The notes under the pieces are model-generated. The model had not been told where the DNA came from. It saw only the letters and a list, made by a program, of their open reading frames with translations, and did no database searches. A stretch of 37,057 bases of DNA from a virus (lineage: Duplodnaviria > Heunggongvirae > Uroviricota > Caudoviricetes): IMG/VR virus record IMGVR_UViG_2648501920_000014, positions 1 to 37,057 of that record. One strand, given 5' to 3'. Positions 7,406 to 18,685 of this stretch are shown piece after piece; within the stretch, counting starts at the first letter, position 1, and every line of letters starts with the position of its first letter. A program made the position numbers and the translations under genes.

Positions 7406-9880
7406 TTATTGCGGAGTGACATCCTGAGGTCGCCACCAGTATGTCTGGTTAAACTCTTTCTTCGAACGTTGCTCCATTTTACGCAAATAGCCTGGTGAAA
7501 AATACTCCTGCATCTGATTAAAGATCATGTGATCGAGAGCCGCCTTCAAGTACCAGAGATTCGCACCAGGCATCAAACCTTTCCCAAGCTTAACCAGATC
7601 ACCACCAGTCTGCTCATTCTTCCCTTCCACAGCATTTAACGGTATGCCCTGAGCAATCTTCACTACGTCATCAACCAGACCAGCTACCGGGCCAAGCATC
7701 GACGCTAGTGCGCCGCTCCCGTACCTGGTGTGGTCAGAGAAAAGAAAATCACCATACAACCCTGCCCCACCACCTTTTAAAAATGCATTTATCCAGAATT
7801 TAACCATGTTGTCACCGGTCATTTCTTTTGGATTTCTCCCATTAATAAGATCAGTAATCTGCATGGAAAGAGCACCAAGCATGGTTGTGCTTGCTAAAAA
7901 CGTTGCTATATATGCCGCACGCCCACCAGCAGACGGCATCCCCATAGCTCTATGCCAGTGACGCATAACTACCGAGATAGGGAACGATTTAAACAGGAAA
8001 ACACTTCTCGTTAATTCACCTTTCCATGTTCCACGCTGAAGACCAGACCCTACGAACATCTGTTCACGTGCGCCCGGTGTAATAACAGCCATATCAACTT
8101 CTTCAGTTACGGCACCGAGCAGTTTACGCATTGCCTCAAATTTCACGCGTTCAGGCTCACCAAGATGTTTAACTGCTGAATCAGGGATACGCATAATGCT
8201 TTCCGGTGTCAGCATCGTATTATTACCGTTCCCCCAGTCCTCCTGTTGCGCCAGCTTCCATACGCTCCAGTCTGTGTCAGTAATCCCTTTGCTTTTCAGG
8301 ATACGAAAATCAGAGTCATCGAGGCTACGAAGGTCTGGTGTCCGTGACACTACTTCTCCCAGGCTTCCCATCATGGTTACGCCATAGGCGCGCTTGTGCG
8401 CATCTGACCATGCTGTAAGCCCACTGGCACGCATTACCGCCGTTGCCGCCCAACGAGACACAGACGGCCCCATATTATCCATCGCCCAGCGGTTAACGCT
8501 GCCAAGTAGAGATTCCATCGCCAGGCCAGCGCGGCGCGCCCGCGCAAGCTCAGTACGGTTCGTTGGATCCATAGCTTCAAGCTGGTTGCGAAATAACTGG
8601 TTCATTGGAAGGTTGGTAACCTTCGCAGACAGATACATGGTTCCAAGATCAGAGAACGATGACAGCAACGCGGATCCGAGTCTGCTGGCAACCAGCCAGT
8701 TGCGGATATTGTCAGACCATCGCGCGATGTGCGGATTCGCTACAGGCTGTGTTTTTCCGGAAATAAAGTTGTACAGGTTCTCTGTTTTGTTCGCCAGACG
8801 CTCGACGCTACCGGTTTTACTCGGGTTAGCTGTTGCCGTTTCTGCCTTCACCTGATCAAGAAGAGAGCGGAAAACATGATCGGGGTTTGGGCCATATGTT
8901 TCCACCAGTGCAATATCTTTACTGATACCTTCAAGGTGACCGACCATGATTTCCCATAGAGAGCGATCGCCATAAAGTTGCTGATATTGCAGATAGGAAT
9001 CTGCATCTTTGAAATGTATCTGTCGTGATGCATTACCACGGTTAGCACGTGCGCCGGAAATTCGCATTCCGGTATCAGTAAGCTTATTCAGCCCACCAGT
9101 AGCGATCGTGTTATAAGCCTCTCCAAGAAATGCAGACAACTCGGCATCGTTCATCAGTTGTCCATCGGCTCGGGTATAATATTTGCGATCCAGCTTACCT
9201 ATAACATCGCTAACCCATTTATCTTTTGATACCGCCCCAACCTTTTCCATAGAATGATGTTGAGGGATCCCCCAGTTTTCGAGATAGCCAATGTCCCCAC
9301 CAGCATCATTAAACCGGCGGCGCAGCAGCTCTGTAACTTCTCTCCACGCCTTAGCACCTTTTCTTGCTTTAGCATTGCCAGTATTTTGCCCCCGCATTTC
9401 ATATACCAGGTCACGTACGCCCGCTTCATCTTCAAACAGACCAAAAAAGCGAGGATCAACTGCTTCGAATGCCTCCTGCAATTGACTCAATGCATAATCA
9501 CGGGTGGCTTTTGTTCTGGATTCAACAGAGAGGAAATTCGATTTACCGTCTGCATTAAAAGCAATAGTACGGTTAAGAGCGCCAAGTTTCCCATCAGCCC
9601 CTTGATAGCTATTGATAAATTTATCCAATCTCTGACGTGCGGCTATAGTGAGGGCCACACGACGTTTCTTTAATGCCGCTTCTCGCTGTAATTCTTCAGA
9701 TGCCAATTGTGCTGCACGATACAACCGTTCTGATTCGGAAAGTTGTCGCCACGACATCGGGTCATCACGAGCAATGGAGCGCATATTTCGATAAATGCGG
9801 TCTTCAATGTTCTGTATTTCTCGCGCCGTTAACGTGCGCTGCGCCGCCTGCTGGACCGCTTGTATACATTCCTGTCTCAT
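7406..9880 (-). CDS. Large virion internal / ejection protein (824 aa)
   Basis: ATG at 9880; long ORF in the structural operon between internal-protein genes and the tail fibre region; assignment by position and size only. Confidence 0.5.
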   Translation of the reverse strand: MRQECIQAVQQAAQRTLTAREIQNIEDRIYRNMRSIARDDPMSWRQLSESERLYRAAQLASEELQREAALKKRRVALTIAARQRLDKFINSYQGADGKLGALNRTIAFNADGKSNFLSVESRTKATRDYALSQLQEAFEAVDPRFFGLFEDEAGVRDLVYEMRGQNTGNAKARKGAKAWREVTELLRRRFNDAGGDIGYLENWGIPQHHSMEKVGAVSKDKWVSDVIGKLDRKYYTRADGQLMNDAELSAFLGEAYNTIATGGLNKLTDTGMRISGARANRGNASRQIHFKDADSYLQYQQLYGDRSLWEIMVGHLEGISKDIALVETYGPNPDHVFRSLLDQVKAETATANPSKTGSVERLANKTENLYNFISGKTQPVANPHIARWSDNIRNWLVASRLGSALLSSFSDLGTMYLSAKVTNLPMNQLFRNQLEAMDPTNRTELARARRAGLAMESLLGSVNRWAMDNMGPSVSRWAATAVMRASGLTAWSDAHKRAYGVTMMGSLGEVVSRTPDLRSLDDSDFRILKSKGITDTDWSVWKLAQQEDWGNGNNTMLTPESIMRIPDSAVKHLGEPERVKFEAMRKLLGAVTEEVDMAVITPGAREQMFVGSGLQRGTWKGELTRSVFLFKSFPISVVMRHWHRAMGMPSAGGRAAYIATFLASTTMLGALSMQITDLINGRNPKEMTGDNMVKFWINAFLKGGGAGLYGDFLFSDHTRYGSGALASMLGPVAGLVDDVVKIAQGIPLNAVEGKNEQTGGDLVKLGKGLMPGANLWYLKAALDHMIFNQMQEYFSPGYLRKMEQRSKKEFNQTYWWRPQDVTPQ

Positions 9881-9885
9881 TTAAT

Positions 9886-11688
9886 TTAACCTCTCAAGAA
9901 ACACGCCACAGCAACATCAAACAGGCTGGAATCCTGTATTGCCTGCTCACTTTCCCTGTTCGCTTCATCCAGTACTTCACGCGCACTGCGCGATTGTGGA
10001 TTACCATCATCATCCAGCACGGTGATTATCATGTCAGGTGATTCAATCAGCGAGTCTTCAGCTATGCGCAGATCAATATCTCCTGCCTGATCTGACATCA
10101 TTTTTTGTTCTGCCTGTTGCAATATTTTATCAGGCTCAAAAGGAGCTACTTCGTCTGGCGTCCTGACCTCTGCTGTTTTATAGAATGAAACAGCCTGAGC
10201 ATTAAGTTCACTTTCTGCCTGCTGTCTCCGAGCCAGTTCTGCTCGAGCTTCAAAAAACTGACCGCCAGGCTCGTGCGGTGCCAACGCGTTACGGGAAAAT
10301 TCCAGGCGTTCTTGTGCCTGCCGGATTCGTTGATCAATATCGCGAAGTCTGGCCTGTTTATCTGATCGAGCACGAGACAAAGCTTTACCGCTACCGGTTG
10401 GCTCTTCTGCAAGAATTTGTGCACGCTGTTCAGTGAGATTTTCAATAATTCGTTGGCTATTAGCGATTTCAGACTGGTAAACCTGTCTATCTCCACGCGG
10501 CAAAAGCTGCGCGGCCTGTTCTTCAAGCAACCGATTTTCTATAGCGCGCGCCGTTACTCCATCATCTACAGATGACAGAGCCTCATTAACTGCCTGAGAC
10601 AGCAGACTCTTGCGCCAAGGAATTTCACTGAAAGATGCAGACTCAACAATGCTGGAAACGTCTACAGGTCTCCCCTGGCTAACATCAGACATAGCTTTTC
10701 GCAGAGCCTGAATGTGAGAATTGCGCGAAAGCACGTTGATCGGCACGCCGGGCGCAATATCAATTTCAGCATGATGAGCGGCATTCGCCGCCAGTGCAGC
10801 ATCGATATCAACTGGTGAAAAATTTGGTGCGCTTGTAGACTCGCCGCGAGAGTTAATAAATCTGCCGACACCACCAAACGCCACCCCAAGAACAGCATCA
10901 ATAGCAATTGCCTGTCGATCCAACACATCATACTGGTTAGCCATTTCGCTATAGCCACCATCACGAAGTGTTTTTGCAGTAAGCCCACGCTGTGCCATAC
11001 CGAACGCAATATTTGTACCTGCGGCATAGGCAATATCTGGCGTTGCACGTACTGCTGTTGCTGCGGCGCGTCGCACTGAACTCTCACCCGTCCGCGCAAG
11101 CTGAGCCGCCACACCTTCCGCCAGCGCACCACCAGCACGTAACCCGAGGCTCATAGGGATCAGTGTTCCGGCACCAGCAGTAATGCCCTGCACTAATCCC
11201 GCTTCCTGCGCCGTCCTGAAATCAGCACCCTGTGCTGTCAGCCGTTCAAACTCAGAAAAACCCTGTAGCGAAGTTACCGCCGCTGCACCTCCGACAGGAC
11301 CACCGAGCGTTGTACCGACAACAGCCTGCCCGCCCATATCGAACAACCCATAAAGAACCTGCCCGGCGGTTCCGGTTGTCGCGGCATCAGGCGTCAGCCG
11401 CTTAACCTGCTGCTCTGCTAGTTTTCTCTGCTCGGCAATGTATGAAACTGAAGTATCATTGAGCGATGTGTTTTCGTTAATAAACTGAGCAATCGGGGAT
11501 ACGATTTTATCCATCCCTGCCCATAGCAACTGATCTGGCTTTGCCACCAGCCCGGAGTACAAACCAGACAATGCCGCTCCTACAGCATTGTCGAAAAAAC
11601 CAACATAGCTGTTAAAGCCAGCTGGATTTGATGCTGCTTCGTCAAGCTGCTGATTCTGGCTTACTGGATTAAGGCCAAAGTAACTCAT
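9886..11688 (-). CDS. Virion internal protein (600 aa), Gly/Ala-rich
   Basis: ATG at 11688; glycine/alanine-rich central region; structural operon context. Confidence 0.5.
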   Translation of the reverse strand: MSYFGLNPVSQNQQLDEAASNPAGFNSYVGFFDNAVGAALSGLYSGLVAKPDQLLWAGMDKIVSPIAQFINENTSLNDTSVSYIAEQRKLAEQQVKRLTPDAATTGTAGQVLYGLFDMGGQAVVGTTLGGPVGGAAAVTSLQGFSEFERLTAQGADFRTAQEAGLVQGITAGAGTLIPMSLGLRAGGALAEGVAAQLARTGESSVRRAAATAVRATPDIAYAAGTNIAFGMAQRGLTAKTLRDGGYSEMANQYDVLDRQAIAIDAVLGVAFGGVGRFINSRGESTSAPNFSPVDIDAALAANAAHHAEIDIAPGVPINVLSRNSHIQALRKAMSDVSQGRPVDVSSIVESASFSEIPWRKSLLSQAVNEALSSVDDGVTARAIENRLLEEQAAQLLPRGDRQVYQSEIANSQRIIENLTEQRAQILAEEPTGSGKALSRARSDKQARLRDIDQRIRQAQERLEFSRNALAPHEPGGQFFEARAELARRQQAESELNAQAVSFYKTAEVRTPDEVAPFEPDKILQQAEQKMMSDQAGDIDLRIAEDSLIESPDMIITVLDDDGNPQSRSAREVLDEANRESEQAIQDSSLFDVAVACFLRG

Positions 11689-14198
11689 TGCGGAATATCT
11701 CCGGAGAATCTCTGACGTTTCTGTGTCAGATTAAGAACAACGGGAGAACCATCATCTTTCAGCAGATAACCAGTACCAAGTTTCACCAGGTACTGACTAT
11801 CGCCGTAACTTTGCAAACCATACTGACCAGGCGGTGTTTTTATCCCGGAGCCGACAACTTGTTCATTCCAAGCCTGATTAACCTGCTTATCGAATTGCTC
11901 TGCAGACATTCCCCACGGCAAAAGGACATTCCCCATTCCGTTATAGTCATGCACGCCACCTGTAGCTACGTTAACAGCCTGTTTCCAGATATCAGTGTCA
12001 ATTTCGCCTGATATCACGCCTTTTTTCGCCATCACACCAGCGTAATAGTCCTTTGCGATCTCGTATGCCATTGATGCCCCCTGAGCATCACCAGCAAATG
12101 CATCCTTCACCATGTCAGAAAACTCAAGGCGAAGATCAGCATCTTTAGGCATCGGAATACCTTTCGCATCATCAGTACCTTTACGAGCCGCCGCGCCAGT
12201 AAGAATTGTCTGCGCAGCGGTTTCAGGAGACACGGAAACATCCGGATTAAACCAGTTTTTTTCTGCCAAAATACCACCAGGCTTGTCCATCAGTATCCCG
12301 GCAACGGCAGCAGATGGAGCGTTGGCACTGATCTGCTGTAGTGCTGACATATACACCTGCCCACCACCAGTGCTCTGCCTGATGGTATCGAGATATGCTG
12401 CCTGTTGGGAAACTGGAGCATCACGAAAAAAAACACCGATCTGATTGGCCTCGTCTTTGGAAAAGAACGTCAGTGGAGTGCCATATGACTTAGCAAGGTC
12501 ACTGACCTGAGCGGCACGCAAGGCAACGCTCTGTCCAAAGTTATCCTTATTGCTCATGTCGATAGGCTTTGCCTGTCCAGAGGCAAGAGAGAACTGCACA
12601 GGATCAGACTGCCGCTGCTTTATCACCTGATTTGCAGCCGAAACAACGTTGTCATAAAGAGCTGCGCGAGCCGCATAACCCTCCCCTGTCTCACCAGTAT
12701 CCGGGCGTAATTGCTCAACATATGCTGTAATGCTGCTTGTCGGCATGTTGCGGAAAGAGCCTATATACTGTCCGGCGATCTGCGTATTCTTAAACTCGGT
12801 ATATCGCAGGTTTCCTTCTCTGACTCCATAAGCTGCAATAAAATCAGCCTCACCAGGTGGGTTAGGAAATTCAACGCCACGCATATACGCAGCCGTCGCA
12901 TCGCGAACCTGGCTGTCAATCATCGTTTTATATTCAGCCTGCTGCTGCCGACGCAGTTGATCCGCCTGCCGCATAAAACTTGCCTGAGCCTCAGGAGATG
13001 CCGCATCGAATGCTGCATTACCGGTATAGCGTTTGGTGTTGGTTGGAATTGTTGATAAACCAAGTGCTGCACTGACACCAGCAGTTAACTGCTGATCACT
13101 GTATGGCTGGCTACCGTTCTCATGATGGATAATGGCTGCACAAAGCGCCTTCAGGGTATCAGGATTTGATGCATCGAGAGGCTCATCAGCAGAAACGCCA
13201 AGTTGTTCGCACACTGCTTTGATATACGACATAGTGTCATTTTTATCAGTAGGCGGTGCCCAGCGATTAATTATCTCGCTGACGGTATCAATACCCTGCC
13301 GCTGATACGACATCAGGTTCCGCCCTAATGCACGAATCCCGTGTTCAGGTGTTTCGAATTTAGCAAATCTACCATCATCACCGGTCTGGCCTACCCACGG
13401 ATTAGTTTTGCTGTATTCGAGATTTCCGGGGTTATTGTTGCGTATGCCACGGACACGCTCGGAAGAGCCACTATCTGTTACAGCACGGCGAGCTCCAGCA
13501 GCAGTATCACTTAACTCGCCATTACTTTGGATGAATGCGGTCGCATTGTTTGCCGACCACTGGGACAATGCTGCATCAGCAACCTTCTCTTTAAACTCGA
13601 TTTTCTTGGCCTGTATTTGCTCGTCGCTCCAGCCATGTGCAGCACCGTACTCCTCAATTTGCTGGAAAGTTTGCTTATTAGCCAATACGTATGCGGCGTT
13701 GTCGCCATACAATGCTGCGGCATTTTTACCATTGTTCAGCAGCGTAGCCTGAAACTGGCCTTCTTCGTAGGCATTTATTTGCCCTATCTCGTGCCGCCCG
13801 GCCTGCGTAGTGAACTGAATGCGCTGCTGCTGCGCCTGCTGCATGAAAGCATTACGAGCCTGTTCATCCGGCAGCGACATAGCCAATTGTTCGACCTGAG
13901 CATCAAACTGCTGCGTATACTCATGGCCTTTTCCAATAGCATTTTTCCCTTTCAGGTTAAGCAATCCTGTTTCAGGATTATTCAGCAAATCACTGCTTAT
14001 CTGACTGAGGTTAAGAGATGCCTCCTGAGCCAAGGCAATATTGGCACGCTGTTTTGCCTGCCCCAAAACATCAATTGCCTCTGCCCCTGCCCGAACAAAA
14101 GCATCACCAATACCTGGCTGAGAAAACGTCTGCAAGCCTGCTGACTGAACTCCACGGCTCTCAACCTGACGTCCGGATACTGTTGGTACGACTGGCAT
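11685..14198 (-). CDS. Large virion internal protein (~837 aa)
   Basis: ATG at 14198 with GGAGG SD and TAATG overlap with the upstream gene (track ORF extends to GTG 14273). Confidence 0.5.
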   Translation of the reverse strand: MPVVPTVSGRQVESRGVQSAGLQTFSQPGIGDAFVRAGAEAIDVLGQAKQRANIALAQEASLNLSQISSDLLNNPETGLLNLKGKNAIGKGHEYTQQFDAQVEQLAMSLPDEQARNAFMQQAQQQRIQFTTQAGRHEIGQINAYEEGQFQATLLNNGKNAAALYGDNAAYVLANKQTFQQIEEYGAAHGWSDEQIQAKKIEFKEKVADAALSQWSANNATAFIQSNGELSDTAAGARRAVTDSGSSERVRGIRNNNPGNLEYSKTNPWVGQTGDDGRFAKFETPEHGIRALGRNLMSYQRQGIDTVSEIINRWAPPTDKNDTMSYIKAVCEQLGVSADEPLDASNPDTLKALCAAIIHHENGSQPYSDQQLTAGVSAALGLSTIPTNTKRYTGNAAFDAASPEAQASFMRQADQLRRQQQAEYKTMIDSQVRDATAAYMRGVEFPNPPGEADFIAAYGVREGNLRYTEFKNTQIAGQYIGSFRNMPTSSITAYVEQLRPDTGETGEGYAARAALYDNVVSAANQVIKQRQSDPVQFSLASGQAKPIDMSNKDNFGQSVALRAAQVSDLAKSYGTPLTFFSKDEANQIGVFFRDAPVSQQAAYLDTIRQSTGGGQVYMSALQQISANAPSAAVAGILMDKPGGILAEKNWFNPDVSVSPETAAQTILTGAAARKGTDDAKGIPMPKDADLRLEFSDMVKDAFAGDAQGASMAYEIAKDYYAGVMAKKGVISGEIDTDIWKQAVNVATGGVHDYNGMGNVLLPWGMSAEQFDKQVNQAWNEQVVGSGIKTPPGQYGLQSYGDSQYLVKLGTGYLLKDDGSPVVLNLTQKRQRFSGDIPQ

Positions 14199-14743
14199 TA
14201 TAATCCTCCGGGTAATCTGGTTCCTGCTGCTGCTCCGATTGGCGCAGGGGTGCTTTGAGTAAACGGACTCCACGTCCCACCAAACATCTGGTACGCACCG
14301 TATGCCTTCAGAGGCGCAGTGAGCAATGTTGTTGCTGCTCCCACATTCCCCTGTTTACGGGCTGAACTGGCTTCTGCTTTATAGTTGGCAGCCTGAACCT
14401 GATAACCGTAAGCCTCGCGTTGCGCGTTATTCACCGTCGTCAGAGAATCAAGAGCGCCAAACTGGGCAGTGTCGCCAAATATATCCAGCGCGTTACCTGT
14501 AGATAAATCAGCGCCGGTAGCCCCCATTGTCGCCGCCTGTGTACCAAGCCGCTGTCGGGTCTCTCTGCGCCGTTGCTCAGCTTCAGCGTTACCTCTGTTT
14601 ATTGCATCATTTGCCTGAGCTGTGGCTATATCTGCGTTCGCTTCTGCAACCTTCGAGGCATACTTTCCCTGTTGGTACTGGGTGTATGCCTGAATGCCAC
14701 TCATGGCGAGCATTGCGCCACCAGCAATAACCGGATCGCACAT
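14198..14743 (-). CDS. Virion protein (181 aa), Ala/Gly/Gln-rich
   Basis: ATG at 14743; tightly packed in the structural operon. Confidence 0.5.
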   Translation of the reverse strand: MCDPVIAGGAMLAMSGIQAYTQYQQGKYASKVAEANADIATAQANDAINRGNAEAEQRRRETRQRLGTQAATMGATGADLSTGNALDIFGDTAQFGALDSLTTVNNAQREAYGYQVQAANYKAEASSARKQGNVGAATTLLTAPLKAYGAYQMFGGTWSPFTQSTPAPIGAAAGTRLPGGL

Positions 14744-15207
14744 TATTTTCTCTCCATGTGAAATCTGTGGAAATTAAGACCAAGAGCACCATAAGGCGCG
14801 GCTTCTTCAAGCCTGAATCCAAGCCAGTGCAGCCATGCTTTGGCAACATGGTTTCGCTCGTCGACGTAGTTTTCCAGGCGCGGATAAACTGCCAGCATCT
14901 GCTGCAATACAGGGCGGCAGTGGCGCAGAAATGTCTTCTGATATTTTTCAATACGGCTGGTTCCTACCAGCCAGGGCGTACCATTGCCACCGATCATTGA
15001 CGCCGGAGATACGCCAAACATGGTTACCAGTTCTCCGTTCGCAAATCCTGACCAGGCCATAGTCGCAGTGCGAAGACCAACACGCAGCGCATCTTCGGTA
15101 GTCATCAGCGATACCGCATACAGTTCGTCAATATCAGCCTGACGAACATCCGGCAAAATCATCTGAAGATGCTCTTCGGTGGCGGGAATAATTTGAACAT
15201 CGATCAT
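14743..15207 (-). CDS. Virion-associated protein (154 aa)
   Basis: ATG at 15207; 1-nt overlaps with both neighbours. Confidence 0.5.
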   Translation of the reverse strand: MIDVQIIPATEEHLQMILPDVRQADIDELYAVSLMTTEDALRVGLRTATMAWSGFANGELVTMFGVSPASMIGGNGTPWLVGTSRIEKYQKTFLRHCRPVLQQMLAVYPRLENYVDERNHVAKAWLHWLGFRLEEAAPYGALGLNFHRFHMERK

Positions 15208-17678
15208 CAGAATCCCCCAACAGTAAGACGAGGAATAACGGCAAGAACAGACAGCGGCAACGGGTCAAGCTGACGGATTCTTACACGTCCGTTTTTGCCC
15301 CAGTTACTGTCCAGTTTCACTTCTACTTTTCCGGTAGCGTCATCAACAGGATCATCGTAGAACTCGAATTCACGCTGTGGATATTCGTACCATTTACCGC
15401 CGGGCGTAGTCGCCCAGATGCCGCGGCTGGCATTCACAACCAGAGTAACGGATGGGATCACCTGTTTTTTGTCCAGCAGCGTTTCCTGTCCGTTAATGTT
15501 GATATCCAGTGTTTCGAATTCAGCAGTTATTGGCAGGCCGATGTGCACTACAGCCCCCGGTGATTCCAGCGTGACGGCACCTCCGGAAACTACTTTCTGT
15601 GGTTCCACGTTCGCATCAGAGAGGATGTTTACGGTCTGACCTTCAAGATGAGACAAGCCGCCAAATGCCCGGCGCGCCATCTGCCAGTTCGTGGTGGCCA
15701 CATTCCTGAGGGATGGCGGGACGTTCCTGTTAGCACGAACCACTACAGCGGTGTTGCTGGTTACAGAAATAATGTCGCAACGTAATTCTTTTGACACTTC
15801 ATCGCCAGTATCAGGATCAGTTCCGGTATAAGGGAACTGTAGTTGCGCACCGACATCACTACTGGTGAAGTACGCACCACCAGAAATACTGATTGTATAT
15901 TCCGCGCGGTAATCCCATTCGCCAGAACCACCAGTGATGGTCATCGTTCTGTCAGACGTATTTCTTCCATCATAGCTAAGGCCAGAATCAACAAAGAAAG
16001 CATCTTCATCGCTGGTAAATAAACGGCTGGACAGTCGCTCGATGTATCTCACTGTTTGCCCGTTAACGGTTCGGTTAACGACGAAATACACCGCATCTTC
16101 ATTTCCTTCGCTGATACTGCATGTGCTTTCATATTTTCCGGTACTGGATTGTGGTGCCCATGCAAAAACCTGCTGATCACGCAAATAGGTCATCACCAGT
16201 AATTTACCGTCATCACGAATGCAGAAGGCGCTGGAGTAAGGGACAATAGAGAAGCACCAGTCAACAATGCTGTGCTTCTGAAAAAGATGATTGGCAAGGA
16301 TGGTCAGGTCGTTCCCCTGATAGCCGTCAACATCGAATGAGTAGGCCAGATCACGGACAACACTGCCTTTCTCCTGGACGAACAGAGCAATATTCGCCAC
16401 GGCAATTGGTGGGACATTGCTAGAGCCATTTGATCCCTGAGAGCTGAATGCAAATGATGATGGGGTTAACACTTTGTTCTGGTCGCCGGTGATGACGTAC
16501 TCACCTCCGGAAGTCAGTGCCACCAGCGAACCGACATCAATCAGGTGGCGGATCTCATTAACCTGACGCCCGGCATAGGTGTAGATAATTCTGTCGTCAT
16601 CCTGCGTAGGATTGCTTTTGCCAAAATCCTTATAATCCCCGGTACGGCTGGCCCAGATAGTCTGAGGGAACGCAGTCGATGCGGCGAAGTAAAGACGTTG
16701 TTGATAATAAACAACAGTGCTAGGATAACCATTAACACTGTTCCAGGCATATTTAGCCCATTTATAGCTGGCATTATCCTCGCCAACTACCTGCGAAGGG
16801 ATATAGGAAATCACCTCGGCAGTTGCAGTAGTTCCATTTGCAGCAGTGATACGGGCAATGCCAAAACCACTGTGCAGATATTCCCACTCAATGCCAGTAT
16901 CATCATCACCGGATCCGCCCCAGCCATCCCATGATGTGCCTTCTGTATGCGAAGGGCGCAAAGTACCTGTTTTGCCTGCTGTAACGGCGCGATAGTAGTT
17001 ACTGTCTGCACGGCGAATATCGCCAATCGACGTACTCTTACTGGTTTCCCATACCGGCACTGAATCCACTGCAGGCTGTTCCAGATAGAACAATTTGCCT
17101 ACCTGCTCCGCGCCAAAAATAGAGGCGCTTGCCGTTAACGTAATTGTCCCGGTGCTGGCGCTGGCATAAACCGTCACTGACTCGTCAATATTGATATCTT
17201 CAAATGGCCCGTTCTTCGTTACCACATCAACCAGTTGCCAGTTGTCATGAGCATATCGGCGCAACTCTTTCGGCGGGTATGCCGGGTGAACCAGCGTAAG
17301 CACGTCGGCGCTTTGCGTGAATTTAATTCGGAACAGATCAGCTTCAGTATATGGCGTGGCAATTTCATAAATAACATTGCTGCTGTTCAGCACCAACGCA
17401 CCATCTTTGATAACGCGCATGTACTGGTGTCCGAACTCCAGAGCATAGGTCTGAACCGTCGAGAACTGGAACGGGATCAGGCGGCATTTCCGATTTGGGT
17501 ATTTGGCGGCACCGACAAAACGCGTACCAGGTCGATTCTCAACGCCGCCATACTGCCGCACGATAAAGTTATCGCACTTGCGCAATGCCACCTGGTACTT
17601 CGCCATGTCGATACGACCGTACAACGACGGTCCAATCTCACCACCGGCAAAGCTGGGCTGGATCCAACTGATAGCCAT
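15207..17678 (-). CDS. Tail tube / nozzle-like protein (823 aa; T7 gp12-like by position)
   Basis: ATG at 17678; size and position after a ~200-aa adaptor-like gene mirror T7 gp11-gp12; no sequence motif confirmed. Confidence 0.45.
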   Translation of the reverse strand: MAISWIQPSFAGGEIGPSLYGRIDMAKYQVALRKCDNFIVRQYGGVENRPGTRFVGAAKYPNRKCRLIPFQFSTVQTYALEFGHQYMRVIKDGALVLNSSNVIYEIATPYTEADLFRIKFTQSADVLTLVHPAYPPKELRRYAHDNWQLVDVVTKNGPFEDINIDESVTVYASASTGTITLTASASIFGAEQVGKLFYLEQPAVDSVPVWETSKSTSIGDIRRADSNYYRAVTAGKTGTLRPSHTEGTSWDGWGGSGDDDTGIEWEYLHSGFGIARITAANGTTATAEVISYIPSQVVGEDNASYKWAKYAWNSVNGYPSTVVYYQQRLYFAASTAFPQTIWASRTGDYKDFGKSNPTQDDDRIIYTYAGRQVNEIRHLIDVGSLVALTSGGEYVITGDQNKVLTPSSFAFSSQGSNGSSNVPPIAVANIALFVQEKGSVVRDLAYSFDVDGYQGNDLTILANHLFQKHSIVDWCFSIVPYSSAFCIRDDGKLLVMTYLRDQQVFAWAPQSSTGKYESTCSISEGNEDAVYFVVNRTVNGQTVRYIERLSSRLFTSDEDAFFVDSGLSYDGRNTSDRTMTITGGSGEWDYRAEYTISISGGAYFTSSDVGAQLQFPYTGTDPDTGDEVSKELRCDIISVTSNTAVVVRANRNVPPSLRNVATTNWQMARRAFGGLSHLEGQTVNILSDANVEPQKVVSGGAVTLESPGAVVHIGLPITAEFETLDININGQETLLDKKQVIPSVTLVVNASRGIWATTPGGKWYEYPQREFEFYDDPVDDATGKVEVKLDSNWGKNGRVRIRQLDPLPLSVLAVIPRLTVGGF

Positions 17679-18283
17679 CAGGACAACCTCGCAATGGTAA
17701 ACTCGTCAACCGGTGGCTGTGGTTCCTGTGATTCATTCTGGCTATGCGAGCCAGCACTAAGAATCACGCGATTGTACATATTGAGGGCAAACGTACCGAG
17801 GTCTGCATTCCCAGTCAGCGCCATGTTAATGGCTGCCGCAAGACGCCAGGCCAACGCCTCCATAAAAATGGCATCAAACATGTTCACATCTGTAACGCGA
17901 GAGACATACTTGAGCCATGCCTGAGGCTGGTCTGTGTAGATCAACTTTCCTGTTCCGTTGGTGTCTGCACCAACTTCGTACTGAACGCGCATTGCTGCTG
18001 TTGGATTGCGTACACCAGGAAGCATAATTTCAGTAATGCGCAGACAATCGGACGGGTACTGGTACGCATATTCCCAGTCAGGCGGTGGATTGCTCGTATC
18101 TGCAAGCGCCACGCGTTTGGTAGCAAAGTTCCAGTCAAAATCAGAAAGCACAGCATCACGGCAGGCCTCAAAGTGCAGCGAACATTCCCCCGCTTCCTTG
18201 CTGGCTTCCGTCAGGCTGTTAATACTGCGGCTGTTGCCAATATTGGACAGCGCACGATTGCAGATCTCTACTACAGAGGCCAT
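17678..18283 (-). CDS. Tail adaptor / gatekeeper-like protein (201 aa; T7 gp11-like by position)
   Basis: ATG at 18283; position between head genes and the large tail tube gene. Confidence 0.4.
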   Translation of the reverse strand: MASVVEICNRALSNIGNSRSINSLTEASKEAGECSLHFEACRDAVLSDFDWNFATKRVALADTSNPPPDWEYAYQYPSDCLRITEIMLPGVRNPTAAMRVQYEVGADTNGTGKLIYTDQPQAWLKYVSRVTDVNMFDAIFMEALAWRLAAAINMALTGNADLGTFALNMYNRVILSAGSHSQNESQEPQPPVDEFTIARLS

Positions 18284-18339
18284 AAGTTTCTATACTCCTG
18301 CAATAAAGGGGCCGAAGCCCCTTGTCTGATTCGCGAGGC

Positions 18340-18675
18340 TTACACGCCCAGTTCTTTACGCTTATCTGCGATCTTCTCGCGGAGCGTTTCGGCTTTGGCG
18401 TTATGGTGTGGCTTCTCGTTAAAGAGCAATTCGTACTCTTCACGGAGCTTATCCAGTTCACCATCATCTGACACATCGTTGATGATTTTGGTGCTGGTTG
18501 CTGCCATTGACACTTTTCCTGCAACTTTTGCTTTTGCCTGTCTGGCTGCATCGTTAACAGGTTCCAGTGCGCTACCAGGCTCACCTTCGTATTCGATTTC
18601 TGCCCCCTCCGGCCACAGAGTGTTATGGATATGAGAGAGGCGCAGAACGCGGTATCTTGGTTTCTCACCTGACAT
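18340..18675 (-). CDS. Hypothetical head-proximal protein (~111 aa)
   Basis: ATG at 18675 with AAGGTGA SD (track ORF starts at GTG 18684). Confidence 0.45.
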   Translation of the reverse strand: MSGEKPRYRVLRLSHIHNTLWPEGAEIEYEGEPGSALEPVNDAARQAKAKVAGKVSMAATSTKIINDVSDDGELDKLREEYELLFNEKPHHNAKAETLREKIADKRKELGV

Positions 18676-18685
18676 CAATATCACC

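Noticed and set aside
10146-11138. Two minus-strand ORFs (126 and 158 aa) inside the 9886-11688 gene
   Set aside because: Alternative-frame ORFs nested within a long structural gene; no independent start signals.
12711-14144. Plus-strand ORFs of 114 and 205 aa
   Set aside because: Both lie antisense within the large minus-strand virion protein gene 11685-14198; no start signals; treated as noise.
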